From: an uncultured Pseudomonadales bacterium | GTDB taxonomy: Bacteria; Patescibacteriota; Microgenomatia; UBA1400; CAYNFZ01 | Direction of reading: 5' to 3' | Length of the DNA: 32,862 nucleotides | Assembly: GCA_964392715.1 (NCBI GenBank) | Contig: CAYMQI010000006.1 | Span: forward strand, 1-32,862 | Shown: positions 1 through 10,450 of the stretch, piece after piece | Layout: every line of letters begins with the position of its first letter | Numbering within the stretch: the first letter of the stretch is position 1 | Translations under genes and position numbers: made by a program | The notes under the pieces: model-generated | The model's input: the letters and a program-made list of their open reading frames with translations, nothing else | Database searches by the model: none | What the model was told of the DNA's origin: nothing

Positions 1-1
1 C

Positions 2-538
2 AACGTCATCTCCATTACCGACGGCCAAATCTACCTCGAACCCGACTTGTTCTATTCAGGCCAACGCCCCGCCGTCAACATCGGCACCTCGGTCTCCCGC
101 GTTGGTTCCTCCGCCCAAGTCAAGGCCATGAAACAAGTCGCCGGCAAACTCAAATTAAGCCTCGCCCAATACCGTGAGCTGGCCGCTTTTGCCCAGTTTA
201 GCTCTGACTTGGACACCCAAACCAAGGCCGAGATCGACCGCGGCGCCCGCGTCACTGAAATCTTGAAGCAACACTGGGAGCTCCCCATGCCGGTAGCCGA
301 CCAAATTCTGGTGATCTGGGCCGCCACCAACGGCCATCTCGATCAAGTCAGATTAGAGCACATCCTCACCTGGGAACAACTCTTTCTAGACCACACCCAC
401 GCCAAGCACGCTCTCTTAATCGACACCATCCGGGAGCAAAAAGAACTCTCGGAAACTTCCCTCACCAAGCTCCAGGAAATCACTAAAGCCTTTAACCTAA
501 ACCACCCCGAACTCCTTATCAACCAAGACACCCCATAA
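2..538 (+). CDS. atpA: F0F1 ATP synthase alpha subunit, C-terminal fragment (gene begins upstream of window)
   Basis: Frame is open from nt 2: [39 protein letters not shown]...[18 protein letters not shown], the conserved C-terminal part of F1-alpha. TAA at 536-538. Followed by atpG-atpD-atpC. Confidence 0.93.
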   Translation, partial: NVISITDGQIYLEPDLFYSGQRPAVNIGTSVSRVGSSAQVKAMKQVAGKLKLSLAQYRELAAFAQFSSDLDTQTKAEIDRGARVTEILKQHWELPMPVADQILVIWAATNGHLDQVRLEHILTWEQLFLDHTHAKHALLIDTIREQKELSETSLTKLQEITKAFNLNHPELLINQDTP

Positions 539-550
539 CCATCCACCAAC

Positions 551-612
551 TATCACCTATCACCTATAACCTATAAACTACTCCCTATAACCTACTCCCT
601 ATTCTCTAACAA
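551..612 (+). repeat. Nine in-phase degenerate heptamers filling the atpA-atpG spacer
   Basis: TATCACC TATCACC TATAACC TATAAAC TACTCCC TATAACC TACTCCC TATTCTC TAACAA runs directly into the atpG ATG at 613. No G at all, no Shine-Dalgarno. Confidence 0.8.
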
Positions 613-1473
613 ATGTCTTCAACCAAACAACTAAAACGCCGTATCAAATCCGTCAGCAACATCTCCCAGATCACCAAAGCCATGGAGATGGTCTCCGCCT
701 CCAAAATGCGCCAAGCCCAACTGCAAGCCCTTGCTTCTCGCACTTACTCCAGAAAACTCGACGACATCCTCTCACAACTGGCCGAAGTCATCGACACTTC
801 CTACCACCAGCTGCTCCAAGCCAAACCAGCCCAAAAAGAAGCCATCCTCATCCTCTCTACCGACCGTGGCTTGACCGGCAGCCTCAACACCAACCTCTTC
901 AAAACCGTCTCCAGTTTCCAGCAAAGCAAACCGCTTGCCGTCTACACTCTGGGCCGCCTGGCCCGGGAGTTCACCGTCAAGTCAGGCCTTGACTTAAAAG
1001 CCCACTTCGGCGCCGTCCCCGACAAATTAAGCTACGAAGAAGCCGTACCCATCGCCGCCTTACTCATCAAAGAATTCACCGCCGCTACCTATTCCCGCGT
1101 CTGGATTGCCTACATGGACTTTGTCTCCACTCTCTCGCAAACCCCCCGCATCGCTCAACTCTTGCCCATTCAAAAAACCCTCGAAACACAACCCGACCGG
1201 CCAATGGGCTTACACAAAGAATACCTTTTCGAGCCAGACCCGCAAACCCTTCTCAACTGGATCCTACCTTACTCAGTAGAACTCACCATCTACCAATCGC
1301 TCCTGGAAGCCCGCGCCTCAGAGCATTCTGCCCGCATGGTCGCCATGAAAAACGCCTCCGAAAACGCCAGCGAACTCGTTGACAATCTCCAACTTATCTA
1401 CAATCGCGGCCGTCAGGCCAACATCACCGGCGAACTCCTCGATATCATCACCGCCTCATCCACCCTATCCTAA
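613..1473 (+). CDS. atpG: F0F1 ATP synthase gamma subunit
   Basis: 286 aa. N-terminus MSSTKQLKRRIKSVSNISQITKAMEMVSASKMRQAQ and C-terminus ARASEHSARMVAMKNASENA...YNRGRQANITGELLDIITA are the gamma signatures. Position between alpha and beta. Confidence 0.95.
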   Translation: MSSTKQLKRRIKSVSNISQITKAMEMVSASKMRQAQLQALASRTYSRKLDDILSQLAEVIDTSYHQLLQAKPAQKEAILILSTDRGLTGSLNTNLFKTVSSFQQSKPLAVYTLGRLAREFTVKSGLDLKAHFGAVPDKLSYEEAVPIAALLIKEFTAATYSRVWIAYMDFVSTLSQTPRIAQLLPIQKTLETQPDRPMGLHKEYLFEPDPQTLLNWILPYSVELTIYQSLLEARASEHSARMVAMKNASENASELVDNLQLIYNRGRQANITGELLDIITASSTLS

Positions 1474-1482
1474 ACCCACCAA

Positions 1483-2990
<1,508 letters not shown>

Positions 2991-2992
2991 TA

Positions 2993-3022
2993 GATTCGAA
3001 TTAATTCGACAAAATTCGAATC
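2993..3022 (+). promoter_or_regulatory. Three ATTCGA units phased at exactly 10 bp, just upstream of atpC; can form an 8-bp stem
   Basis: ATTCGA at 2994, 3004 and 3014. TCGAATTAATTCGA (2996-3009) is a perfect 14-bp palindrome. GATTCGAA (2993-3000) is complementary to TTCGAATC (3015-3022). Confidence 0.45.
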
Positions 3023-3032
3023 ATTTGTGTCG

Positions 3033-3452
3033 ATGAAATCTTTCACTCTCGAAGTCATCACCCAGGAACAACACCTGCTTACCGAAACCGTTACCTCCCT
3101 CACTCTGCCCACCCAAACTGGCGAAATCACCGTTCTGGCCGATCACCAGCCTCTCTTCACCAAACTCCAAGCGGGTGAAATGACCTATACCACCAATGCC
3201 GTCAAGCATTATTTTGCCGTCACCGGCGGCTTCGTCGACGTTTCCGCCAGAAACATCACCACGGTCCTGGCCGACTCTGCTATCCGTTCCGAGCAAATCA
3301 ACCTCCAGGAGGCCCAAAAAGCAGTCGCGGCCGCCCAACAAGCCCTCCAGTCCGCCCCCGACCAAAAAACCACCCTCAAGATCGAGGCCGAACTCAGGGC
3401 GGCGCTACTCATGACTAAGGTCGCCAAAAAGCACCAAGCCCACACCTACTAG
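3033..3452 (+). CDS. atpC: F0F1 ATP synthase epsilon subunit
   Basis: MKSFTLEVITQEQHLL...TGEITVLADHQPLFTKLQAGEM...GGFVDV matches the epsilon beta-sandwich plus helical tail. ATG 3033 preferred over the in-frame GTG 3027 used by the ORF track. Confidence 0.9.
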   Translation: MKSFTLEVITQEQHLLTETVTSLTLPTQTGEITVLADHQPLFTKLQAGEMTYTTNAVKHYFAVTGGFVDVSARNITTVLADSAIRSEQINLQEAQKAVAAAQQALQSAPDQKTTLKIEAELRAALLMTKVAKKHQAHTY

Positions 3453-3491
3453 CCCCTCCCGTCCTCCAAGTCAATCCGTAACAAATACACC

Positions 3492-3520
3492 TTGCAACTT
3501 CTTGGTTTATCCCCTAAGAT
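3492..3520 (+). promoter_or_regulatory. Candidate sigma70-type promoter for greA
   Basis: TTGCAA (3492-3497), 17-nt spacer, TAAGAT (3515-3520). About 95 nt upstream of the greA ATG. Confidence 0.35.
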
Positions 3521-3553
3521 TTGCTTTGAACAATATCCATGCTATCATTCTGT

Positions 3554-3571
3554 CTTCGCCGCGAGGCGAAG
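3554..3571 (+). other. GC-rich hairpin with GNRA tetraloop in the greA leader
   Basis: CTTCGCC GCGA GGCGAAG: 7-bp perfect stem with GCGA loop. No U-tract follows. It is a local G-rich spike in an otherwise G-poor spacer. Confidence 0.5.
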
Positions 3572-3615
3572 CTGTTGCATTTAGAAGGTAAAAAATACTA
3601 ATCAAGGAGCAAGCT

Positions 3616-4077
3616 ATGAAACCCCAAACCTTTCACCTCACTGCAGACGGCTTGGAAGAACTCAAAAAAGAACTAAACGAACTCGAAACTATTAAGCTGC
3701 CCGAAGCCGTCGAACGCGTTCGCCTGGCCCGCGAACAAGGTGACCTGGCCGAAAACAGCGAATACCACGCTGCCCGCGACGACCACGCCTTTATCCAAGG
3801 CAGGATCGACGAGTTAAACGAACTCATCTCCCGCGCCAAAATCGTCAAAAAAACCACCAATTCGGTCGTTAGCCTCGGTAACAAAGTCACCGTCACCTCC
3901 AATGGCAAAACCCACACTTACCACGTCGTCGGCAAGTACGAAGCCGACCCGGCCAACCAGAAAATCTCTGACGAGTCCCCCTTGGGAAGGGCTCTTATGG
4001 GTAAAAAAGTCGGCCAAGAAGTCGAATACGTCGCTCCTGTAGGTAAGATCATCTACCGCATCGAAAAAATCCACTAA
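3616..4077 (+). CDS. greA: Transcription elongation factor GreA
   Basis: 153 aa. LTADGLEELKKELNELE...ARE.GDLAENSEYHAARDD...GRIDEL coiled-coil followed by a C-terminal FKBP-like domain. Strong SD AAGGAG at 3605-3610. Confidence 0.93.
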   Translation: MKPQTFHLTADGLEELKKELNELETIKLPEAVERVRLAREQGDLAENSEYHAARDDHAFIQGRIDELNELISRAKIVKKTTNSVVSLGNKVTVTSNGKTHTYHVVGKYEADPANQKISDESPLGRALMGKKVGQEVEYVAPVGKIIYRIEKIH

Positions 4078-4112
4078 TTGTTAGCTCCGCCCAAACTCTT
4101 CATAATGTAGGT

Positions 4113-5564
4113 ATGGCTTTCCGGACGAAATTGGGCTTTTTCAGCGCCGCCTGCCTCTACACTATTACCTCATATATCCTTCTCCTTCGCGACGGCAACT
4201 TCATCGTCCGCCTCGCCTTTGCCCTTCACAACCAGGATATGGTAGAAAACACCAATCGCTTATCGGCTACCATTGATCGCTATCTGATTCACCCCAATTC
4301 ACTCTCACTATTACTCTTCACCATCGCCTCCCTGAGCTTGGTTTGGTTTTACCTTCGCCTCATCTGCGCCAAACCCAAACTTTTTACTCGTCAAGACCTC
4401 CTTTTCTACACTTTAACCGTCATTGTCATTTTCCTCTCCTTTCCTAGTCTCTCCTCTGACGTTTTCGACTACCACGCCACCAATCAAATTGTCTTTGTCC
4501 ACCACGCCAACCCTTGGCAAACGCCCCCCCTGACTTTTCTCGACCAAGATCCCCTCGTCAACCTCGGCAGTTGGATCAACCGCCCATCTATTTATCCACC
4601 CATTACCTTCGCCGTCTACGCGGTTTCCTACTTCATTTTCGGCAGCCACCCCCTCATCTCTCTGATTGGCTACAAACTCACCGCCACGCTGTTTTTCTTC
4701 CTCATCGTCTATCTCTGCGGCCGGCTGGCCCCCAGCTACCACTTAAACCCCACCAAAACCCGCCTTTTGCTGGCCACCAACCCTCTTCTACTGCTCGAAT
4801 TTATCGGCAACGCCCACAACGACCTGGTTATGGTCTTTTTCTTTGTCTTATCCTTATACTTCTTCTCCCAAAAACGCCATACGATTAGCGCCCTTTCTTT
4901 TGGCATAAGCTTCTTAAGTAAAATCACCATTGTTGTTTACTGGCCCGTCTTGGTGAACCGCCTCCTCCGACAATCTCCCCTTAGTACTCTCCTAAAATAC
5001 TCACTCACCACCCTCATCTGCGTTTCTTTTGGCTTGGCCCTTATGGATCCGGCCGTAACCAATTACCTGCAGGTTGTCGTCGACCAAAACCAGACACATC
5101 TCCAATCCTTTCCCTACTTGATTAAGATTATCACCGACCCCATCTCCGCCCACTTCCCCCCTCTGCATCTGGCTAGCTTCCTACCCCTGGTCCTGTTTGC
5201 TCTCTTTTACTTGAAAATCATCACCAGTCGCCTCAAACTCACCGATCAACTCGCAGCTGTCATGCTCGCCTTTCTATTTGTCCAAATCACCATGCTTCAC
5301 CCTTGGTACTTTGCTTGGATTCTCCCTTTGACTCCATTTATCCGGCAACCCAAGCTTCGCTGGCTAGTCCTGGCTACCACCGCCTCCGGCTTTGCCCGCT
5401 ACCTGGCATATGACTTATCTCTCTACTACCAACCGCTGGCGCCCTCCTGGCAAATTATCATCTACGCTTTTATGGCCGCCCCCTTGTTATTTCTCCTGGT
5501 CCTGCCCAACAAATGGTATACTAAAATTAGATTTTTTAAGTCCCTATCATGCTCAAAATCCTAA
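4113..5564 (+). CDS. Polytopic membrane glycosyltransferase, GT-C fold (DUF2029/GT87-like)
   Basis: 483 aa and highly hydrophobic. First-loop motif SSDVFDYHATN and SIYPPITF resemble DUF2029/PimE-like mannosyltransferases. CATAAT lies 6 nt before the ATG. Confidence 0.7.
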   Translation: MAFRTKLGFFSAACLYTITSYILLLRDGNFIVRLAFALHNQDMVENTNRLSATIDRYLIHPNSLSLLLFTIASLSLVWFYLRLICAKPKLFTRQDLLFYTLTVIVIFLSFPSLSSDVFDYHATNQIVFVHHANPWQTPPLTFLDQDPLVNLGSWINRPSIYPPITFAVYAVSYFIFGSHPLISLIGYKLTATLFFFLIVYLCGRLAPSYHLNPTKTRLLLATNPLLLLEFIGNAHNDLVMVFFFVLSLYFFSQKRHTISALSFGISFLSKITIVVYWPVLVNRLLRQSPLSTLLKYSLTTLICVSFGLALMDPAVTNYLQVVVDQNQTHLQSFPYLIKIITDPISAHFPPLHLASFLPLVLFALFYLKIITSRLKLTDQLAAVMLAFLFVQITMLHPWYFAWILPLTPFIRQPKLRWLVLATTASGFARYLAYDLSLYYQPLAPSWQIIIYAFMAAPLLFLLVLPNKWYTKIRFFKSLSCSKS

Positions 5565-7051
5565 AAACCCACCAACGGGATCTTTTTATCTCGGCAGGTC
5601 TTTTTGTTCTTTACTGGATTACCAGACTAACCCACCTTACCAACCTCCCCATCTTCACCGACGAGGCGATTTACATCCGTTGGAGCCAAATCGGCTCCTT
5701 TGACGCTGCCTGGCGCTTTATCCCCTTGACCGACGGCAAGCCCCCCCTCTTTCATTGGTTTGTCATGCTCGCCCTTAGAATTTTCTCCGACCCCCTCTTC
5801 GCCGCCCGCTTAGTCTCCACCTTCTCCGGTTTCTTCAATCTTGTCGGCATCTGGATCCTCGCCTACATTCTCTTTAAAAAAATCAACCTCGCACATCTCT
5901 CTGCCCTAATTTACGTCCTTTCCCCTTTTATGACGGTCTACGATCGCCTCGCCGTCGTCGACTCACTTTTAACCAGCACTGGCCTTGCCAGTCTCATCTT
6001 CGCCGTTTTATTGATCAAACACCAACGCCTCGACACCGCTCTGCTTTTGGGTGCCGCTATCGGTACCGCTCTACTTACCAAAGCCTCAGGCCTGATTTTT
6101 CTTCTTCTGACTCCACTGACCCTACTACTTCAAGACTTAAAAGCCAAAAAACTACTCCGCACAGTTATTGTCTGGGCCGGCTGCCTGCTCCTGGCCGCCG
6201 TCATTGCGGAAAGCCTCTACAGCATCTTGAGACTGTCCCAATTTTTCTACCGCATCGGCCAAAAGAACTACGAATTTATCATTCCTCTATCTGAATTTTT
6301 TAAACACCCCTTTTCCATGACGTGGGGTAACGCCAAAAGCCTCTTTAGGTGGCAAGTCGGCTACTTGAGCCCCGCCGTCGCCTTCCTCGTTGCCCTTAGC
6401 TTTCACGATCGTAAATTCCTCCGCGAAAAATTCCTTCTCCTTTCCTATTACTTCCTGCCTTTTCTGGCCATCGCCAGCTTCAATAAAATTATCTTCCCCC
6501 GCTTCCTCCTCTCCCTGACTCCTTCCCTCATCGTCCTGGCTGCCGCCGGCCTCGACCACTTGCTCTCTGGCACCAAACAGTTACCCCAAAAACTTATTCT
6601 CCTGTGCCTCTTTCTCTTTCTGCCCGCCCTCACCACGGTCAACTTAATCCTCACCCCCAAGTTGGCCGCCATTCCCCAATCAGACCGTGACCAATACCTC
6701 GACTCCTGGCCGGCCGGCTGGGGCATCAACGAAACCGTCGCCTACTTAAAGCAACAGGCCACCCAAAGTCCCATTTACCTGGGTACCCAAGGCACCTTCG
6801 GTCTTATGCCCTACGCTCTGGAAATCTACCTCTACAATAACCCAAACGTCGAGATCCACTCTTTCTGGCCCGTCACCACTATCCCCCAGGACGTCCTCGA
6901 TGCGGCCGAAACCAAGACCACCTACTTTATTTACAATGAACTTGAGGACATACCTAAGCAGGAAAATCTCCAACTCGTTCTGGAGTTTGCCAAAGGCAGG
7001 GCCGACCAGGAACAAAGGCACATGAGATTATTCAAGGTTAATCCTAATTAA
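5549..7051 (+). CDS. Polytopic membrane glycosyltransferase, GT-C fold (ArnT/PMT-like, GT39/83)
   Basis: 500 aa. N-terminal LTNLPIFTDEAIYIRW...GKPPLFHW is the DE-loop signature of ArnT/PMT-type enzymes. Overlaps the upstream gene by 16 nt. Confidence 0.75.
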   Translation: MLKILKTHQRDLFISAGLFVLYWITRLTHLTNLPIFTDEAIYIRWSQIGSFDAAWRFIPLTDGKPPLFHWFVMLALRIFSDPLFAARLVSTFSGFFNLVGIWILAYILFKKINLAHLSALIYVLSPFMTVYDRLAVVDSLLTSTGLASLIFAVLLIKHQRLDTALLLGAAIGTALLTKASGLIFLLLTPLTLLLQDLKAKKLLRTVIVWAGCLLLAAVIAESLYSILRLSQFFYRIGQKNYEFIIPLSEFFKHPFSMTWGNAKSLFRWQVGYLSPAVAFLVALSFHDRKFLREKFLLLSYYFLPFLAIASFNKIIFPRFLLSLTPSLIVLAAAGLDHLLSGTKQLPQKLILLCLFLFLPALTTVNLILTPKLAAIPQSDRDQYLDSWPAGWGINETVAYLKQQATQSPIYLGTQGTFGLMPYALEIYLYNNPNVEIHSFWPVTTIPQDVLDAAETKTTYFIYNELEDIPKQENLQLVLEFAKGRADQEQRHMRLFKVNPN

Positions 7052-7121
7052 ACCCCTCATTTTCCCCTTGTTTAACGCCTCCACGTCACAGTTTTAGTCA
7101 ATTTTTGTCGGTAACGGGACA

Positions 7122-8783
7122 ATGAAACAATTCGCCAAAATACACTCACTTCTGGTCGCAACCCTCATTCTGGCTTCTTTCCTACGCCTCTACCACCTGG
7201 GTACCAACCCCCCTTCACTGGATTGGGACGAAGCCTCCTTGGGTTACAACGCCTACTCCCTCCTAAAAACCGGCGCCGACGAGTACGGCAATACCTGGCC
7301 CCTGTCCATTCGTTCCTTCAACGACTACAAACCACCCCTTTACACCTACCTCACTATCCCCGCAGTCGCTCTGTTTGGCCTCAGTGAATTTGCCGTCCGC
7401 CTGCCATCGGCTCTTGCCGGCGTCATCGCCGTGGCCGCCGCCTATTTTCTTTCCATAGAACTATTCAAAGATCATCGGCCCTCTCGATCTCTGGCTCTCA
7501 CCTCCAGCTTTCTTCTTACCATCTCTCCCTGGCATTTACAGTTCTCCCGCGCCGCTTTTGAAGCCAACCTCGCCCTCACTTTTCACCTCCTCTCCGTCAC
7601 CTTCTTCCTCAAGTGGGTCAATCTCTCGACTAACAAAAACCATCAAGCCACCAAACCATACAGCCATTTATTATTTATTCTTCTTTCTTCTCTTTGCGCT
7701 TCTGCTTCCTTTTACTCCTACCACTCCGCCCGCTTAGTCGTTCCTCTCCTGTTTCTTTCCTTTGCCCTTATTTTTCGCAAGCTCCTCCTCGCCCGCCCGC
7801 GGCATTTCCTCGCTTCCCTGGCACTATCTCTAGCTCTCCTCTTTCCCCTCCTCTACATCGGCACCCGAGGTTACGCCGCCGACCGTCTGGGCAGTACCTC
7901 CATTTTTACCGCCCCCCAAAACTACTTTCGCGAAAACGAACGCTTGAGCCGGCTCCACCATTATGACGTCACCGCCGTCGGCCTGGACAAACTCATTCCT
8001 CGCGAAGCTATCGGCTACGCCCAAATTATCATCAGAAACTACTTCGAGCACTTCAACTTTAATTTTCTCTTCCTTACCGGCGACGCCAATCCCCGCCACT
8101 CCGCCGCCGGCATGGGTGTTCTCTACTTGAGTCAGTTTCCCTTGCTGCTTTACGGCGCCTACCGGCTCATTGTAGACAAACCCAAATTTGCCCCAATTAT
8201 CTGGCTTTTACTCTTGATCGCTCCCCTGCCAGCCGCCATTACCCAAGAAACCCCCCACGCCATCAGAAGCCTGCTTATGCTCCCCGCCCTCACCATCATC
8301 ACCGCGTACGGTTTTGTCTCAATGTATCAGGCATTTGCCAAAAAAAGGTTTGGTTCATTACCCATTATTTCTTACTCATTACTTCTTACAATCAATTTTG
8401 TGGTCTACCTAAACCTCTACTTCGTTATCACTCCGGAGGAGCGCTCGCAGGCTTGGCAGTACGGCTACAAACAACTAGTCCAAAAGGTAGGGGAGTTGGA
8501 GCCGGGTTATGATCGCCTCGTCATTACCACCAAATATGACCAACCCCACATTTACTTTGCTTTCTACCAACAAATCGATCCCAAACTTTATCAAACCTAC
8601 GCCCAGACCGCGTCCCGAAACATCGGCCAATATTATTTTGTCCAAGATATTCCCGCCTACGTGGCCCCTGCAAACCAAAAGACTCTGCTCATCGGCGCCC
8701 CCCACCAATTAAGGATCGAAACTCCCTTTGAACAAATTGATTTCCTCGACGGTAGTCCGGCTTTTCTCTTCTACAATCTTTAG
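7122..8783 (+). CDS. Polytopic membrane glycosyltransferase family 39 (PMT_2-like)
   Basis: 553 aa. LGTNPPSLDWDEASLGYNAYSLLKTGADEYGN...YKPPLYTYL is the typical GT39 first-loop motif. About 11 hydrophobic segments plus a soluble C-terminal domain. Confidence 0.8.
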   Translation: MKQFAKIHSLLVATLILASFLRLYHLGTNPPSLDWDEASLGYNAYSLLKTGADEYGNTWPLSIRSFNDYKPPLYTYLTIPAVALFGLSEFAVRLPSALAGVIAVAAAYFLSIELFKDHRPSRSLALTSSFLLTISPWHLQFSRAAFEANLALTFHLLSVTFFLKWVNLSTNKNHQATKPYSHLLFILLSSLCASASFYSYHSARLVVPLLFLSFALIFRKLLLARPRHFLASLALSLALLFPLLYIGTRGYAADRLGSTSIFTAPQNYFRENERLSRLHHYDVTAVGLDKLIPREAIGYAQIIIRNYFEHFNFNFLFLTGDANPRHSAAGMGVLYLSQFPLLLYGAYRLIVDKPKFAPIIWLLLLIAPLPAAITQETPHAIRSLLMLPALTIITAYGFVSMYQAFAKKRFGSLPIISYSLLLTINFVVYLNLYFVITPEERSQAWQYGYKQLVQKVGELEPGYDRLVITTKYDQPHIYFAFYQQIDPKLYQTYAQTASRNIGQYYFVQDIPAYVAPANQKTLLIGAPHQLRIETPFEQIDFLDGSPAFLFYNL

Positions 8784-8876
8784 CAATTTTTTATGCCACA
8801 ACATCCCCCATACACATCACCGCTTCCTTCACCAAAACCAAGAAACTGCTCTAAACGGGGTGATTTTGGTACAAAC

Positions 8877-8898
8877 ACCCCTCTTGTCGGGGTTTTTT
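8877..8898 (+). terminator. Intrinsic terminator-like hairpin plus U-tract between the GT39 gene and lysS
   Basis: ACCCC (8877-8881), loop TCTTGTC, GGGGT (8889-8893), then a T-run through 8898. Confidence 0.55.
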
Positions 8899-8926
8899 AA
8901 CGCTCAAAAACATATATAATCAACCT

Positions 8927-10450
8927 ATGGCCAAAACCAGATTGGAATACACTAGAAGCGAACGCCTCACCAAATTAAACCGGCTCAAAGAGCTTGGCAT
9001 CAACCCGTACCCCTCAAAAGCCCAAAAAGACGTGCCCAACCAACTTCTGGTAGATCGCTTTTCCGAGTTCGAAGGCAAAACCATCACTCTCGCCGGCCGG
9101 ATCACCTCCCTTCGCGAGCACGGCAAACTCGCTTTTGCCGATCTTACCGACCAATCGGGCACCATCCAGTTGTTTTTGCGCATCGAGTCTCTCTCACCCA
9201 CCAACGCCAACGAGCAAACCTTGGGTTTTGAGCACCTCAAACTTCTCGACCCCGGCGATTTCGTCCAAGCTGCCGGCGAAGTTACCAAAACCAAGACCGG
9301 CCAAATCTCTCTCCTGGTTAAATCGTTAACCCTCCTCACCAAAAGCCTCCGGCCTCTCCCCACCAACCGCGACCTTATCGCCGACCCCGAAACTATCTTT
9401 AGAAAACGCTACTTGGACCTGGTCACCAACCGCCAACACCTCACCCTGTTTCAGAGAAAATCCAAGTTCTGGCAAATCCAACGGGAATTCATGAACGCCC
9501 ACGGTTTTATCGAGGTCGACATCCCCGTTCTCGAGCACGTTACCGGTGGCGCCGACGCCAGACCCTTCACCACCCACATGAACGCTCTGGGTCAAGACTT
9601 TTACCTTAGGATCTCCACCGAGTTAAACCAAAAACGCCTCATCGGCGGCGGCTTCGAAAAGGTCTTTACTCTGGGGCCAAACTTTAGAAACGAAGGCCTC
9701 TCCGACGAACACTTGACCGAATACACCCAGCTCGAATGGTACTGGGCCTACGCCGACTATCAAGCCAACATGAAGTTAGTCGAAGAACTAATCAAGCACA
9801 CCGCCCAAGCGGTTTATGGCAAAACCGAATTTACCACTCGCGGTCACACCTTTAATCTTGGCCAAGATTGGCCGCGCCTAAGCTATCCAGATATTATCAA
9901 GGAAAAATTAGCCATCGACATCTTTTCTTCATCCCAGGCCGACATGCTCAAAATCATCAAAGGTCGTGGAATCGAACTCACCGGCACTACCAACCGCGCC
10001 CGCCTGATCGACAATCTTTGGAAACTCGTCAGAAAAGACCTCTCCGGCCCAGCTTTTCTGATCAACGAACCCAAATTTATGTCACCCCTGGCCAAGTCCA
10101 AACACGCTGACCCTGAAACTACCGAACGCTTCCATGTCATCATCGCCGGCTCAGAACTCGGTAACGGTTATTCAGAACTAAACGACCCCCTCGACCAACT
10201 TGAGCGCTTCCGGCAGCAGCAAGCCGCCCGTGACGCCGGTGACGACGAAGCCCAAATGCTCGACATCGATTTTGTCGAAATGCTCGAATATGGCATGCCG
10301 CCAACCAGCGGTTACGGCCACTCAGAGCGCATTTTTTGGTTCCTGGAGGACATCACCGCCCGCGAAGGCACCCTCTTTCCCGCCCTAAGAAACAAGCCAG
10401 ACTCGGGAAATCTTAGAATCTACAACCTCACCCCTTCGAAGAAAAAATGA
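8927..10450 (+). CDS. lysS: Lysine--tRNA ligase, class II
   Basis: 507 aa. OB-fold region GRITSLREHGKLAFADLTDQSGTIQLF and class II motifs (FRNEG, ...GSELGNGYSELNDP..., GMPPTSGYG). TATAAT at 8915-8920 is 6 nt before the ATG. Confidence 0.95.
   Translation: MAKTRLEYTRSERLTKLNRLKELGINPYPSKAQKDVPNQLLVDRFSEFEGKTITLAGRITSLREHGKLAFADLTDQSGTIQLFLRIESLSPTNANEQTLGFEHLKLLDPGDFVQAAGEVTKTKTGQISLLVKSLTLLTKSLRPLPTNRDLIADPETIFRKRYLDLVTNRQHLTLFQRKSKFWQIQREFMNAHGFIEVDIPVLEHVTGGADARPFTTHMNALGQDFYLRISTELNQKRLIGGGFEKVFTLGPNFRNEGLSDEHLTEYTQLEWYWAYADYQANMKLVEELIKHTAQAVYGKTEFTTRGHTFNLGQDWPRLSYPDIIKEKLAIDIFSSSQADMLKIIKGRGIELTGTTNRARLIDNLWKLVRKDLSGPAFLINEPKFMSPLAKSKHADPETTERFHVIIAGSELGNGYSELNDPLDQLERFRQQQAARDAGDDEAQMLDIDFVEMLEYGMPPTSGYGHSERIFWFLEDITAREGTLFPALRNKPDSGNLRIYNLTPSKKK

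Noticed and set aside
3539-3601. 20-codon upstream ORF (MLSFCLRREAKLLHLEGKKY) in the greA leader, spanning the GNRA hairpin.
   Set aside because: It has no SD or leaderless geometry in front of its ATG. The peptide is just the translation of the hairpin, and there is no independent support.
8728-8919. 63-aa ORF in the GT39-lysS spacer.
   Set aside because: It spans the terminator hairpins and the lysS -10 box, has no SD, and has no recognisable sequence features.
8784-8926. T-box or lysine riboswitch upstream of lysS.
   Set aside because: The leader is only about 140 nt and its first 70 nt are almost G-free, so it cannot form a Stem I/specifier domain. The T-box consensus AAnnnGGGUGGnACCnCG and the L-box core are not present. 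Only the generic alternative-hairpin geometry is kept, as a low-interest finding.
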